Of a stretch of 64,000 bases of DNA, positions 1 to 12,350 are shown one piece after another; position 1 is the stretch's first letter, and every line of letters begins with the position of its first letter. Origin of the DNA: Camelus dromedarius (lineage: Eukaryota). The translations under genes were made by a program, and so were the position numbers. Where the stretch lies: assembly GCF_036321535.1 (NCBI RefSeq), contig NC_087437.1, positions 50,718,001-50,782,000 of the forward strand. Direction: 5' to 3'. The notes under the pieces are model-generated. The model made no database searches. It was not told the origin of the DNA and worked only from the letters and a program-made list of their open reading frames with translations.

Positions 1-1
1 A

Positions 2-295
2 GACGATGTGTTCATGGGCCTCTGTGCCAATAAAATAGGGCTAGTACCACAACACCATGTGTTTTTCTCTGGGGAAGGTAAAACTCCTTATCATCCCTGC
101 ATTTACGATAAAATGATGACCTCTCACGGGCATGTAGAAGACCTTCAGGACCTTTGGAAGGATGCCACAGACCCGAAAGTAAAAACAGTTTCAAAAGGTT
201 TTTGGGGGCAAATATACTGCAGAATAATTAAGATAGTTCTCCTTTGCAAATTGTCCTATATGGATACGTATCCTTGTAGGGCTGCCTTTGCCTAA
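2..295 (+). CDS. B3GNT5: 3' end (5'-partial) of lactosylceramide 1,3-N-acetyl-beta-D-glucosaminyltransferase (Lc3 synthase, GT31 family)
   Basis: Frame from base 2 reads [44 protein letters not shown]...[12 protein letters not shown], matching the recalled B3GNT5 C-terminus; TAA at 293-295. Position antisense within MCF2L2 fits the known mammalian arrangement. Confidence 0.96.
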   Translation, partial: DDVFMGLCANKIGLVPQHHVFFSGEGKTPYHPCIYDKMMTSHGHVEDLQDLWKDATDPKVKTVSKGFWGQIYCRIIKIVLLCKLSYMDTYPCRAAFA

Positions 296-2740
296 TAGTA
301 CTTGAATGTTGTATGTTTTCACTGTCACTGAGCCAGTCCTGGATGAAAAACCTTTAAATGTTTGTCTGTACCATAAGTGAAATGAATACAAAAAACAAAG
401 AAATATTTTGAAAGCCCAGTCTATCAGAATGTTTCTTTGGTTCTTCTAGGTGCCCTTCAACATAACTTATCTACTTCATTGCCTAAATTCATTTCAAGGA
501 ACTTACATTTAGACAAGGTTTATGAAAACAAAACTAAAGGGAATTTCAAGTTCTCTGACCCATAAGTATATGTGAGGTGTAGAGAAATTATTTAGGTGCC
601 TTTGTGTCAGAATAACTGTTTTTGGAAAAATGCCAAGTAAATGGATAGTATAACATCTCAAAGAAATGAATATATTATTTGATCAGGTATACAAGTTTAT
701 TTTTAGTAAAGAGCACTTGATGGAGTTGATGGGGGCAGGGGAAGATTGGCATAGAAGACAGTACATGAATCTGATAAAAGAAAGTCTCCCTTTCTTCAAA
801 GGAGATTTAGGAAAATGTACTCAATTTCTTGATAAACCACCATATCACCCGTTGTCCAGCCATGTAGCTATTTTACCTAGACAGTGTTGGAGTCATTTAA
901 AATATATTTTTTTTTCCAAAGTTTAATGTGAAATTTGAAAAGTCATTATCTCTACCCTAACTGGTACTTTATTATGGGCTTTTAATTATTAGAAAATGAC
1001 ACAAAACACGGGCAGTTTATTATCCAAAGGGTCCTTCTCTAGGGAGAAATTCCTGTTAATTCATATAAGCTAATTTTAATTTCATGAGTTTTTCAACTGG
1101 TTTTTAAATAATCAATATCAGTCTGTTTTTAAGGCAGCTATTTAAATGTAGTTTGCATAGAGGAGTAAAATAATGAAGAATTCAAAAGGAAAGACAGAAG
1201 ATTAAAAGCCTCTTTTCTTCATAATTTATAAAATAAAATTTTTAATGTCTAAATTATTGTATTGATTACTAAAATTAGCACACCCCTCTGCAATAAAGTC
1301 TCATAAACTACAGTACTTTGTTCTAAGTTGAGACTTTAAAATTGAGAGTATTAAACATCAAATCAAAACTAGTGTCTAAAAAAAAATCTGTTCTTTCATA
1401 AAAATGACTATCAGAGGTGATCCTCAACTTATAAATATTTCAAACTTGAAGCAGAATGAAAGTGATAGAAAAGTTACCAGATAGAGGCTTAAAAATATTT
1501 GCAAAGCTGCACGTTCCTTGTAATCAAAGAGATGTGACTAAGATCCAATAGAGCAAGTTATATTTATTTTACAAAGCAGAATAAAAATGTGACCATGATG
1601 CAAACAACCTCCCCTCACAGAAAGAACTAGGTGAAGTGTATTGTTAGAGAGGTTATATGAAGGTCAAAATTATGACTTCAGCAAAAGCAGTTGAACGGAT
1701 TATAAAACCTTTGTATGCAGAGGCGCCTGTTAGGGAAAACTAAGATGTCTCACTTGGTAAGATGATGTCTGAAACACACTAAATGAATAAAAAAGAATTC
1801 TCAGTATACACAACTGGATGATGATATATATAATTTTTTGCAGGTAGCTTTTTAATGTTTACAGAAGTTTTTTGTCAATTTTTTTCTATTTTGAAAACTG
1901 AAGCTTGTTTACATTGATTGCTTAGATAATTTAGAATTTTTAACTAATGTCAAAACTAAGGTGTCAAACATTCTAGTTTGTAGTTACTTTCAGAGTAGGT
2001 TCAGGGTTTTTAGATCATTACAGTTCAAATTTTCTGACCAATTTTAAAAACTGTAGAGAACAAAAAGCATATTTTGACAAAGTAGGTTTGTAATTAATTT
2101 TTATTCATTGGTGTTTTAATAATCATTTGCCTTTTGGCCGTATATATGCCCTGTGTATCTATACTTGTAACTGTTTAAATTTTCCATTGGTTGAAAACAC
2201 CAGTGTCTCTTTCCGGCTATCAAAACGATCTTGTTTACAGCAATACTTTGGCGAAACAATTATTTATTTGTGAAAGTGCTCACCTCAGTTGTGTTCATTT
2301 TGCTTAAAATAGAATGAAACATTTACATTTAAAGGAAATATGAAGGCACTTCCTTTTTTAATAAGAAGGAAATTGCTAGATGCTTCCTTCATCAGACTTA
2401 AAGTACTGAGAAGAATAATTGTAAATAAAGGATTCCAACCTTTTAAAAAGGAAGGAAAAAACTTTTTGGTGCTCCAATGCAAGGCTGTCTTTTAAATATT
2501 GTCAACAAAGGGAAAATACACTATCAGCCTGGACGGTCACTTGATGGTTGTACACAGTGTTATTGCTAAAAACTTTTTACCTCTTGATTGGTTTGCATCT
2601 TTTTTCCATATTATTAATTTTATACCAAAATGTTGAATATTTATATTATTTCAGTTTTGCTGTTGTATAGCAAAATAATTAGTGGGTTTTTAAAAAATAA
2701 ATTTATGATTTCCAATAAACAACTTGAAAATTGTCAACAG
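296..2740 (+). other. B3GNT5: B3GNT5 3' UTR (end approximate)
   Basis: AT-rich stretch after the stop codon with no recognisable repeats, ending at paired AATAAA signals. More proximal AATAAA hexamers also occur (near 1232, 1292, 1580, 1786). Confidence 0.7.
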
Positions 2741-2751
2741 CTGTGTATTTT
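2696..2751 (+). terminator. B3GNT5: Likely B3GNT5 polyadenylation signal region
   Basis: AATAAA at 2696-2701 and 2714-2719, followed by GU/U-rich CTGTGTATTTT at 2741-2751. Confidence 0.6.
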
Positions 2752-5430
2752 CACGAAGGTTTTTAAACTCCTGTGTGAACATCATTTGTTTATACAATCA
2801 ACTTGTTCTGTTTAATGTCAAAGAGGCCTGTAATACACACTCTTAATCCTATTTCCTGTTCAGATTTGCCATGGTGCTCAGGATAGAGAATTAGTGTATC
2901 CTCTGCATTTAGGAGCCACCTAAAATGCCTCCTTGGTTTGTTGAATGATTTATGCCAGAATGTCTACGTGGGGGAATTCTTCCCTCCCAATAGATTGTCC
3001 AGGAAAAGACTGAAGTAAGAACCTATAGCCAAAGTGCCTTAACACACCATTTGAAATGCCATATTTTCCTTTTATTTGATATCACTCGCTGTCCAAAAGT
3101 TGATTCAAATTTAGCCTAGTCTCTTAATGTTGGGAATGTTCTTAGGCCTGCTTTGCAGCTTGTGGTGTTTCAGTATATCTGTGCCTAGTATGTGCTCATC
3201 TGCTTTTCACCTGATTCCTGCTCAATTTTTAGCATAGTAGGTTGTGTGATTCAATCTATGTATTTTTTTTTAAACTTGGAAGCATCTGAATTAGCAGAAC
3301 TTTTTACTTGTGAGGCATAGCTGGGGTGTTTGTAGTTGAGATTGAGATGATTACTCAGAAGAATTAAGTTGACCTATATTTGGGCTTTAATTGAATACCA
3401 AGGCTGCAGGGAGAATCAGAGCAGAGAATTCTTGCTACACAGGGTTATTCATTCTGCTGTAGTAATGAGAGAAATGTTAGGTGTCTCCTTGACTCTGTGT
3501 TCCCTGCAATCACTGCATTCTGCAGGCAGACAAGCCTCGATCGCAGTTTCATTATGATATTGCTTTGCTCGAGATCTCAAAGACTCTTTACTGCCTCCAA
3601 ACAACAAATCTAATCTCTTCTATCTGGTTTTCGAGGCCTTAAGTAATCTTGTTTCCCTCTTTCATTTCTTGTAGGTTGATTTTCCCCATGGCTGCTATTA
3701 TCCATCACAAATGTCATTCATGACCATACCTGGCACAAACTGGTTCCTCTTGCCAGGAACACTGTTTCTTCTGTACCTTTTGATCTCGGACATCCAACTC
3801 TAACTCTGCTCCTCCATTAAGAATCTCCTCCCCTCCCCGTATATTATTGTGCTAGCTGGTAATTATTTCATGTGTTTTTTTTTTAGCTGATATATAAGTT
3901 CTGAAGGTAGGGACTACGCACAATGCTATCACATAGTGCTGAAAAACATTTTTGTTTCAAATACAATAAAGTCTTGCTCTGGCAAGCCATCCAAATATGA
4001 AAAGAGAGTAATTATGCAGGACCCTTAATGGACACCATCTGGCATAACATTTTACCTGTACTACTTAAAAGTTTATAATTTATTCAACAAGATCTGAATG
4101 CTGACTATATGCCAAGCATATTGTACCTATCAACTCTAGCCCAACAAATTTGTATTAGTTACACATAAAAACTCAAATCTATAAAATCAAAAATGAATAA
4201 GGAAATATAGATTAAACTGTTGCAGCAAAGATGGGTGACCTTACAGTATTTACTCAAAGCTGGTGGTAGAACAGAAACAGTAGTCTTATAGATTCTCCTA
4301 TCTTCTTAATTCACTAGTTAATTTTGCCTTTTCTCAAAGCTCTTTTGCAAGAATCATAGGTATTTTCATTTCATTACATGCTGTAACTTTTTCCCATTGT
4401 ATTTTTCATTAGAAGTATGATTTAATCACTTACTATAAATTAATGCAATAATTCATCAATTTAAGGGACTCATTATAAGACTTACAAAATTACAATAATA
4501 AAAGTAGGCATGGTTGTAGTAATAGAAAAGTCCCCAAAGATACACTATCACTTAATGAAAACAACAGAATACGTGGCCAATTAGTGTTTTTCAGACAAAC
4601 CCAACTAAACACTTTCATATATGCTGAATTGGGCCCTTTACTATAACTCAAAGATACATTTTAACCAGTAAGAGCCCACATGTTTGCTTGAGTACACTTT
4701 AAAGTAAAAGAATAGAAAGTAGTCTAGTTAAACTAATATTGGTTTTAATCAAGGGGCACGTTCCTAAAGATGTTTGTTCATTCATTCTACAGGCTTTTTT
4801 TTTTTTTTTTTTTTTTTTGAGTCCTGTTAAGAGCTAAGCATGATAGACCCTGGGCATAAAAGCAGTCAATAAGTCAAATGATGTGCATATAAGCAATGTG
4901 ACAAATGCTAGAATAGAGGTAATGATGGGGATTCTGAATATAAAGATTTTTTTTAATGAATTTCTTCTCATGCTTTTGGTCTTAACCACTATAATTTAAG
5001 GCTTTCTGATCTGCAGAGTATTCATTAACATGCATGAAAACACCTTCCTGTAGGCCAAAAATAACATTACATTTGCATAAATTGTTGTCTTTGGAGACCT
5101 ATAGCCTTTAAATACAATAATTTAATCAATATTAATAATAGTTTTTCATTTACTATTTTCTTGATAATCCATTTCTTAAAACACGGAGTATCTTTGGAAG
5201 CCTGGCTTATAAGATGCCATTTTTAGCTCTTGCTTGTTGCTTTTATGAGATTTACAAATTTTGTTCTCAGGTACATAATGAAGGTTAGTATATAGAATAA
5301 ATATGTGATTTTATCTGGGGAAGATAAGTGATGAGATTTAAACAGAGGAAACCTACCCTCCTCCACCAACACCCCCTCCCCTCTAAATTTTAGGTTAAAG
5401 TGACTTTTGCAAAGGTATGTGCAATCTTAC

Positions 5431-5516
5431 CTGCTCGGGGAAAGATTTTTGGAGCTGTCAAGCTGCTCTGGCTCAGGGTTGTCCCCATCATGACTGCTTT
5501 CAAGTATTTCTTCATT
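5431..5516 (-). CDS. MCF2L2: MCF2L2 coding exon 15 (86 nt)
   Basis: ttcag|AAT GAA GAA...AGC AG|gtaaga; encodes NEEILESSHDGDNPEPEQLDSSKNLSPS(R), similar to recalled human SEEIFESHHERGNPELEQQARLGDLSPR. Confidence 0.9.
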
Positions 5517-7754
5517 CTGAAGTGAAAGAAATTTTGGTAAGATCATCTATTTGGGAGAGGAGGACTCTTACCGATATTTTTCTATTCCTAATTGTCTTTG
5601 TTTAGTTTTGCTTTGGTTTTTAATTTTCTAGATGAGCAATGTAACCATTTTCTCACATTTCTCTTTCTTTCTTGGGTTATCCCCAACCACTCTGGATCTT
5701 TTACAGTTTGCCCTTCAAGCTTCCTTCAGGAACATCAAGGACTCATTCTCAATAGCAGGTATCCGTTTTCCTTAATAATGAAGGGTACTAACAGTGTAGT
5801 TCTCCCCCTTCCCCGTTGATTCACAAAAAAGTTCAGAATTTGAGTTTCAAGGAGCAGTAAGGAAATGATTGATTCAATATTTCCTTTTTTTTTTTTTTTT
5901 TCTTTTTTCTTTTTTGGGTAAGAAATCAAGGTCTGGAGAAGTTGTGACCTGCCCAAGGCCAGAAAGAGATCTAGAGGCAGAGATAAGTCCAGTGGCCACT
6001 TTCTCAGGCTGGTAATCACAAGTCCGTTCCATCACACTGCCTCCTTAGGCAGTGCAGAGTGGTTACCAGGGCAGGCTTGAAGCCAGACGGGGGTTGGAAG
6101 CCCTGCTCCACTATGTGCTACCTCTGAGACCTGGGGCAAGCTCACTGAACCTCCTGATTTCTTCCCCTAGAACATGAACCACATGGCACTATCTGCCACA
6201 TAAAGTTGTGGCTCCTTTTCAGAATAACACTACGCATTTAATTCTCAAAAAGAGACAAGACTCCTACTCAATTTACTTTTAAGAAAATATTATTTTAACA
6301 AAGAAACAAATTTGTATAACATTGACAGCAAAGAGAGTTTTATAAAGGTATTAACCAACAACGAGCAAGTAGATAATTATCCAGCGTTTGTGTTCTTCCT
6401 GCCTGCCAGGTTCTGTTTAAATGATTTCTTTTACATTCTCACAAAGGGGAGTACAGCTTTTAAAAGGGCCTTCTTGCAAAAGTGTTGTTAAGGGAAATTG
6501 AATGAATAAACATAAGATTCCTTGCAAATTAGAGCTGAGGTTGAAGGATGAGCTTTCCCCAGACTCAGATGAACAGATAGGAGGCCTCCTTGCAAAATAG
6601 GTGAGAGTAGCAGGCTGCTCAGCCAGCTGTTGACAATGCAAGACAGTCCTTTCCCTGGATTAACAGAGAGCAGTCAATGTAAGGTTGTTTTATTATCCAC
6701 AATGCCAACCACAGAGACAGCAATTCAAAAATGTTCAGAGTATGAGAGAAAACCATGGACCTTTGATCTTTTCATAGATCATCTTCCCAATTTTGGTATC
6801 ACATCAGGAAAGCAGGCTAACAATAAAGAAGTACTTGGACACTAGTTTTGCTAATTCAGCTCTAAAATACAAGAGGAATCTTATATTCTAAGTTCATATT
6901 TGTTTCTTTTAAAATAGGATATCTTTTCAATAAGAATCTAAATTTTTTAGTTCCCTCTGTTACATATATTTGACCAAAGACTAGAATGTATTTTTCATTT
7001 CAACTAATATACAGAAATAAATACCAGTCCTTGGATTCAAACTAATCTAGTTATTTTCACCACACTACCAAAGCTCTTTCTTCACATTTTCCATGTAATG
7101 TTGAACTAATTACTATGTCAGATAATGTTGTATTGCTTTCCTTTCTAGTTCCTCCTCTGTGGCATTACAATGTCTGAAACACCCACTGGACTTTGAGCTC
7201 CAGCCTTATTCATCTTTGAATCTACAACATGCAATACCTTCAGAAAGAGTAACTACCAATATTAACAAAACTCCCTCTCACTGCTTATGCTTATGAAATG
7301 AATTGTGCTCTTTTCAACTCTATTCATGTATTGTTAGTATAGTGGATTATAGAATCTCTTATTTCAGGACAACTTAGTTTAGTGATGGAAAAATAATGAC
7401 CCAAGGTGTAGGTATGGACTTTGTCATCTTTTCTACAGAATTATGATGTCCCTCTAATTTATAGATTTTGTCATGCTTGAGGTGACCTCATGGGCTTGCT
7501 GAAATGCCTGGGCACGGACTTGGTTGTGTCATCCCATGTTCCTGTGGCCACATGTCAGACAGTTGGTAGCAGGGTGGAGGCAGAATCCTCTGTCAATCAC
7601 GTTTGATGGAATATAACACTTACGTTATTGAGGATGTTTGGGAAGGATCCACAGCAGATTGGGGACTGCTTAATAAGAGCCTGCAGTAGGTAGTTAATTG
7701 CACTGTATACCAATGTTTTGCGAAGGTTTAGACAAGTCAGTTATGTTCTAGCGC

Positions 7755-8265
7755 AGTAGCTTTAAAAATCTGACCACAACCCATAAGAAAAACTTTTACA
7801 TAATGACACTTATACACACATATTGTGATTTATAATGAGAAATATATTTTTGTTTTTGTCCCGTTTCTGGCACAGAGCTCCTAAAACCTTTTAAATTTCT
7901 TGTGATAAGAGGGATAAAGAGTGTCTTGACATTCATAACAAACCCCTTTCAACCACAGTTGGGTTTATGTTAATGCACTGACTTTTAGAAAGCACCCCTA
8001 TCCAGTCTGTCAGAAGCACAGGTGACAACTTGGATTTGTGATTGGCTTCTGAAGGAGGCATGGGAGCAGTCCTGTAAACCCTCAATGTTTGGATTCTGAT
8101 GCTATCTGCAGGTAGACAGTACAGAACTCAGTTAATTGTTTGGTGGTGTTGGGAAAAAAACATACAACGGATGTACATGTAACTGAAAAATGGTTTTGTG
8201 ATTTTTGTGATGTGATGCATCCTATTTTGAAATTATGCTCTTCCATTTCATCCTGTTCTATCCAT

Positions 8266-8326
<61 letters not shown>

Positions 8327-8388
8327 AATGCTGGTGAACCCACCAAACTGAGTTCACTATCACTGTTATGACCTGTAATTTGAAAACC
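7755..8388. mobile_element. hAT-Charlie-type DNA transposon remnant interrupted by a MER21-like LTR (~7825-8150)
   Basis: Degenerate CAGT..TTTAAAA / TTTGAAAA..CT termini; internal TTTCTGGCACAGAGCTCCTAAAACC and AAACCCCTTTCAACCACA resemble the recalled MER21 consensus. Boundaries approximate. Confidence 0.55.
8264..8325 (+). repeat. (ATTT)n microsatellite
   Basis: About 14-15 tandem ATTT units read directly. Confidence 0.95.
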
Positions 8389-9635
8389 TCTTATAGAGTG
8401 AAAAGAACACAAATTGAGGTGTGAGAGGTAAATACAGGTGGAAATCCCTGGCTTACTTTGTAAAAAGTGGCCTCAGGTAGCAACTTAGTTCTCTAGCTGT
8501 ATAACAGGAGTAATTACATCTATGTCAGAAGGTTGCTGTGGTGATTAGAAATAATGTATTAAAGTGCTTAGCACAAAGATGAGACTTAATAAATGGCATT
8601 GATGGTTGGCGGTTTAATATTTACTTTGTGGGGATTAAAATAGGTAATTATGTAAAGCACTCAGCATGCTGAACTTCAGTAATTGCTGGGCAGTTGCTAC
8701 CTGCTCATGCATAATAGAGACCCCATATTTCTCACTTGCTGAGAGATATTGGGCAAATCACTTAATCTCCCTTGAACATCTGTTTTCTTTTGTGTAGAAT
8801 AAGGGAAATCTGTGATTTGGCTGTGAAATGTTCTTCTGCTTATAATATAAAATACCAACATAGGTGCTATTGCTTCCAATTATGACGTGAAAGCTAAATT
8901 GTAACCAGAGTACTTTTGAGAAAATTTTAAATTAAGCTTCCTGAAAACTCTAGGAAGAAGAGAGCATATTCAAATAAATATTTGCTATTTTTTTTCTTTC
9001 AGATATTGGTCCTTTGATTCAAATAATGGACCAAGAAAACTGACCACAGACCAACCTACCAATTGCTGCTATATTTCTTTGTTAGAGTTTCCTTATGAGT
9101 CTTACTGAATTATAAGATGACATTCTTTTAAAGCAGAGCAACAAGTTTCATGTAAAATCATATCCTGCTTCCCTTCAGTTATCCTGACTTGGAGAAACTT
9201 CTAGGGCATCCTGAAGAAGAGATTTTTCTCAGCCAATTGGTGCTTTAAAAGGGAACCAACCCATAAACTACTCTATTGGGAGGCCAGTCAGGTGGGAGAG
9301 TCCCTGTCCCTGTATGTTCATTTTATTCTGAAGAAAAAGAGTGGCAGTGAAGGCAAGCAGGCTGGTAGCTGCTTCAGGCTCGGCATCACTCCCTGTACCC
9401 TCACCTCACCCTGGCTTCAAAGTGACACCAACCCATCAACCTGGGTTTTCTAGGATCACCTTCAATGATGGCTTCACATGTCTTCTCAACAACATAGAAT
9501 CTGATTGTTTTGTCCCCCCTATATTTGGAAGAAAGACTTATTTTCAAAATTGAAAAAACAGGCTAGGTGCCTAGCCTGAAGGAATTTTGTAAAAAAAATT
9601 TTATTTCAATTTCTCTGAAGAATATATCATCTTTT

Positions 9636-9692
9636 AAAATTATTTATTTAATTAAAAAATTTTAAATTTGTTTAGGGGGGAGATGATTAGAT

Positions 9693-9736
<44 letters not shown>

Positions 9737-9809
9737 ATGGAGGTACTGGGGATTGAACCCAGGACCTCATACATGCTAAGTGTGCACTCTACCACTGAGC
9801 TATACCCAC
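9636..9809 (-). mobile_element. tRNA-derived SINE, camelid vic-1 type, with (TAAA)n tail
   Basis: GGAGGTACTGGGGATTGAACCCAGGACCTC...CTCTACCACTGAGCTATACCC is the reverse complement of a tRNA-like head with A and B boxes; flanked by near-direct repeats AAGAATA(T/C)ATCAT at 9618 and 9810. Confidence 0.85.
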
Positions 9810-11924
9810 AAGAATACATCATTTTAAAACTTACATTTTAAAAAGTATCAAGAGCTAATTTTTGATTGATTATGAACATTGTATTTTTTCTTCCCCAAAC
9901 AAGAGATAGACAGCAATATTTGAAAGGGAATCAAATTAGTTTTTCCCTAAAGTTAAGTAATTTCCCTTTATGATTTTAGGAATGCTTGGAAGACAAGTTC
10001 AGCTCCAACTCTTTTAAAGCAATGGTATCCAGTAACAACTTGAAAGTACAATTTATTATATTATCACATTTCTTAAAAAGAGAAGCTGCTAGACCTAATT
10101 CTGAGAAAGAGAAAGTAAAGCAGATAAGGGGCTGAATTACACTCTTCATTTAAAGTATGAAGAGTGAACACTGCAAGAAGTGTTTAAGGTTAAGACTTTC
10201 CTGGCATTGTCAATTAATTGTGAAAACCTGAGAAAGTAAAAGAGGTATGACAAATATTAATCACTGAGTGATTATAGAATGACATGGCTTAGGGGAGGAT
10301 AGTGGGAAAGAAAGGAAAGGAAACCTCTCCAAAGGGCATTCACCTCCAGCCTCAGTCCAGGGTGGCCTCAGAGACACCGCCCCAGAGTGGAGAACATCAG
10401 CCATGAGAAGCAGTGGCCTTCCCCTCTGGGACTGCCAGGAAAGGGGAAGCCCCACCCTTCTTATTTGTGAGATGCAGTGGGTTCTGATGTGAAGAAACGA
10501 AAGGACTTAAAAAACAGGAACCACTTAGAGAAACTATCCTGTGAGTGGATTCCTAGCTGGCTGGTCTGTCCTATTTGTGCCCTCTCACTGGCCCTACCCA
10601 GCAAATATTTTACTCTTCACAGGCATTGCCTGAAGAGGCCAGTGCCTAAAGATTCCTTTGGATAATAGGGCAGCCAGTCTCTTTTCAAAAAAGGCAGATG
10701 TTTGCAGGAAAGTTAGCAGGCTGTCAGTCACTCAGCCATGTGTTGCTGTGACTTAGCTCATTTAGATTTTCCCCTACCTGTAGTCCAGAACAGCTACACT
10801 GGGAGGAGGCTTCCAAGAAGGAGGGGAGGGGAAGGTTTTAGGACGTTTTATAGACTGAAGCCCTTTGAAGAGGAAGGGCAGGCTTGAAGAGATAGCCAAA
10901 AGTGGTCCTGAGGCTTTGTGGAAATGGGAAATGATTAGAGAAAGATAAGGAAATGGGTCCCAGATACAAACTTTACAAAAATTTTCCAGGGTCTCTTTTA
11001 TCTAAGATCTTGAATTTCCCAACTAGAATTGTTGGTAATTAGTTCAATGTTCTTACTGGTTAAATTGGCTTTTATAGGTTGTACTCACACTCTAAACACT
11101 ATTTACAATATCTGTTGATGGGGGAAATGTCTCCTTAAAACTGCAAATATTGCAACATTGTTTAACCAATGATACGCAAGTCTGTAGTTCTGTTAAAAAT
11201 ACCAGGAAGTGAGGAACATGTCACAAGATACCTTTCTTCCATACCCAAACCAAGAAAATAAGAAGGAAATAAGTATGCCAAGGATGTTGAAAAGAAGTTG
11301 CCCATACATTCTGAAGTTTCTCAGACTGATTTCATGTGATTTAACCTCGATGTATAATTGTCAGTGTAACTTAATTTTTACTTGTCTGTAAATCTTACTT
11401 AACTCATATAAAATCACAAATTTGAAAAATGCTTTATTACATTTATAATAAATGAAGACCTCCTGAATCAGCATTTCTGTGGGTGGAGCCTGAGAATCTG
11501 CATTATGAATAAACTCAGGGCTGCAGTACACAGGGAAACTTGAGACTCTTTATTCTAGGAATTGTTCAGAGAGCTTGGCTGGGGGCTGCCTCAAGGATTT
11601 GATGGATCCTTTGAATCTCTTATTAGCGCTAAGAATGACTAGACTTCAAATCTTAGGAAGTAAACAGTGACATGCTTATGATTCACACAGTTCTCTTGAT
11701 GAGGATCAGGAAGGTAAATGAAATTTTTTGGAATTCAAAGGAGTGAGAAAGCCAAGAACTGAATTTGGCCCTAATCTGTTATCATTTGGCAAAAAAAAAG
11801 ATGCATATTTGAGATTAGGAGAAGCTATTTAATGTAAGGCCTGAATCCAATCTTCCTTCAGTTCCTTCCCATCTTTTACATAGAACGTTCTATCTGTAAA
11901 CATAGGGTTAAATGGAGAATTCAC

Positions 11925-12350
11925 ATTACTACGAATCTTCTATATGTCAGGCATCATTGCTAGGTGCTTTCCATACATTTCTCATCTAATCAACCATGTG
12001 TGAGGTCACTTTATTTATCCCCACTTTGCAGAAGAGGAAATTTAGAGGATAAAAGGTTAAGTAAACTGCTCATTAGGTAGATTAAGTGAGTGATTCAGGT
12101 AGCTAGGGTAAGTTTGATAAATAAGTAAACTGCTAGAGTAAGTAAACTGCTAATTTCGAATTCCAGTTCAATCATTTACTTAGTTGTGTGAGCCTTGGGG
12201 GAATTCACTTAGTTTCTCAGAATCTCTCAGCATCTGTGATGCTGAGAAGGGAAACAACACCTTCCTCACAAGGTACTGAGGACTTGTGATGAAATCAGGT
12301 CCACACAGCACGTGGCACAAGGTCTGGCCGTCAGTCGGTGTTAGCAACCC
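11925..12350. mobile_element. Two oppositely oriented MIR fragments
   Basis: CCCACTTTGCAGAAGAGGAAA (minus-type core) and TGTGTGAGCCTTGGGGGAATTCACTTAGTTTCTC...CATCTGT (plus-type core). Confidence 0.6.

Noticed and set aside
9740..9808. tRNA-like sequence, also at 44350-44426
   Set aside because: These are SINE heads with AT-rich tails and TSDs, not tRNA genes.
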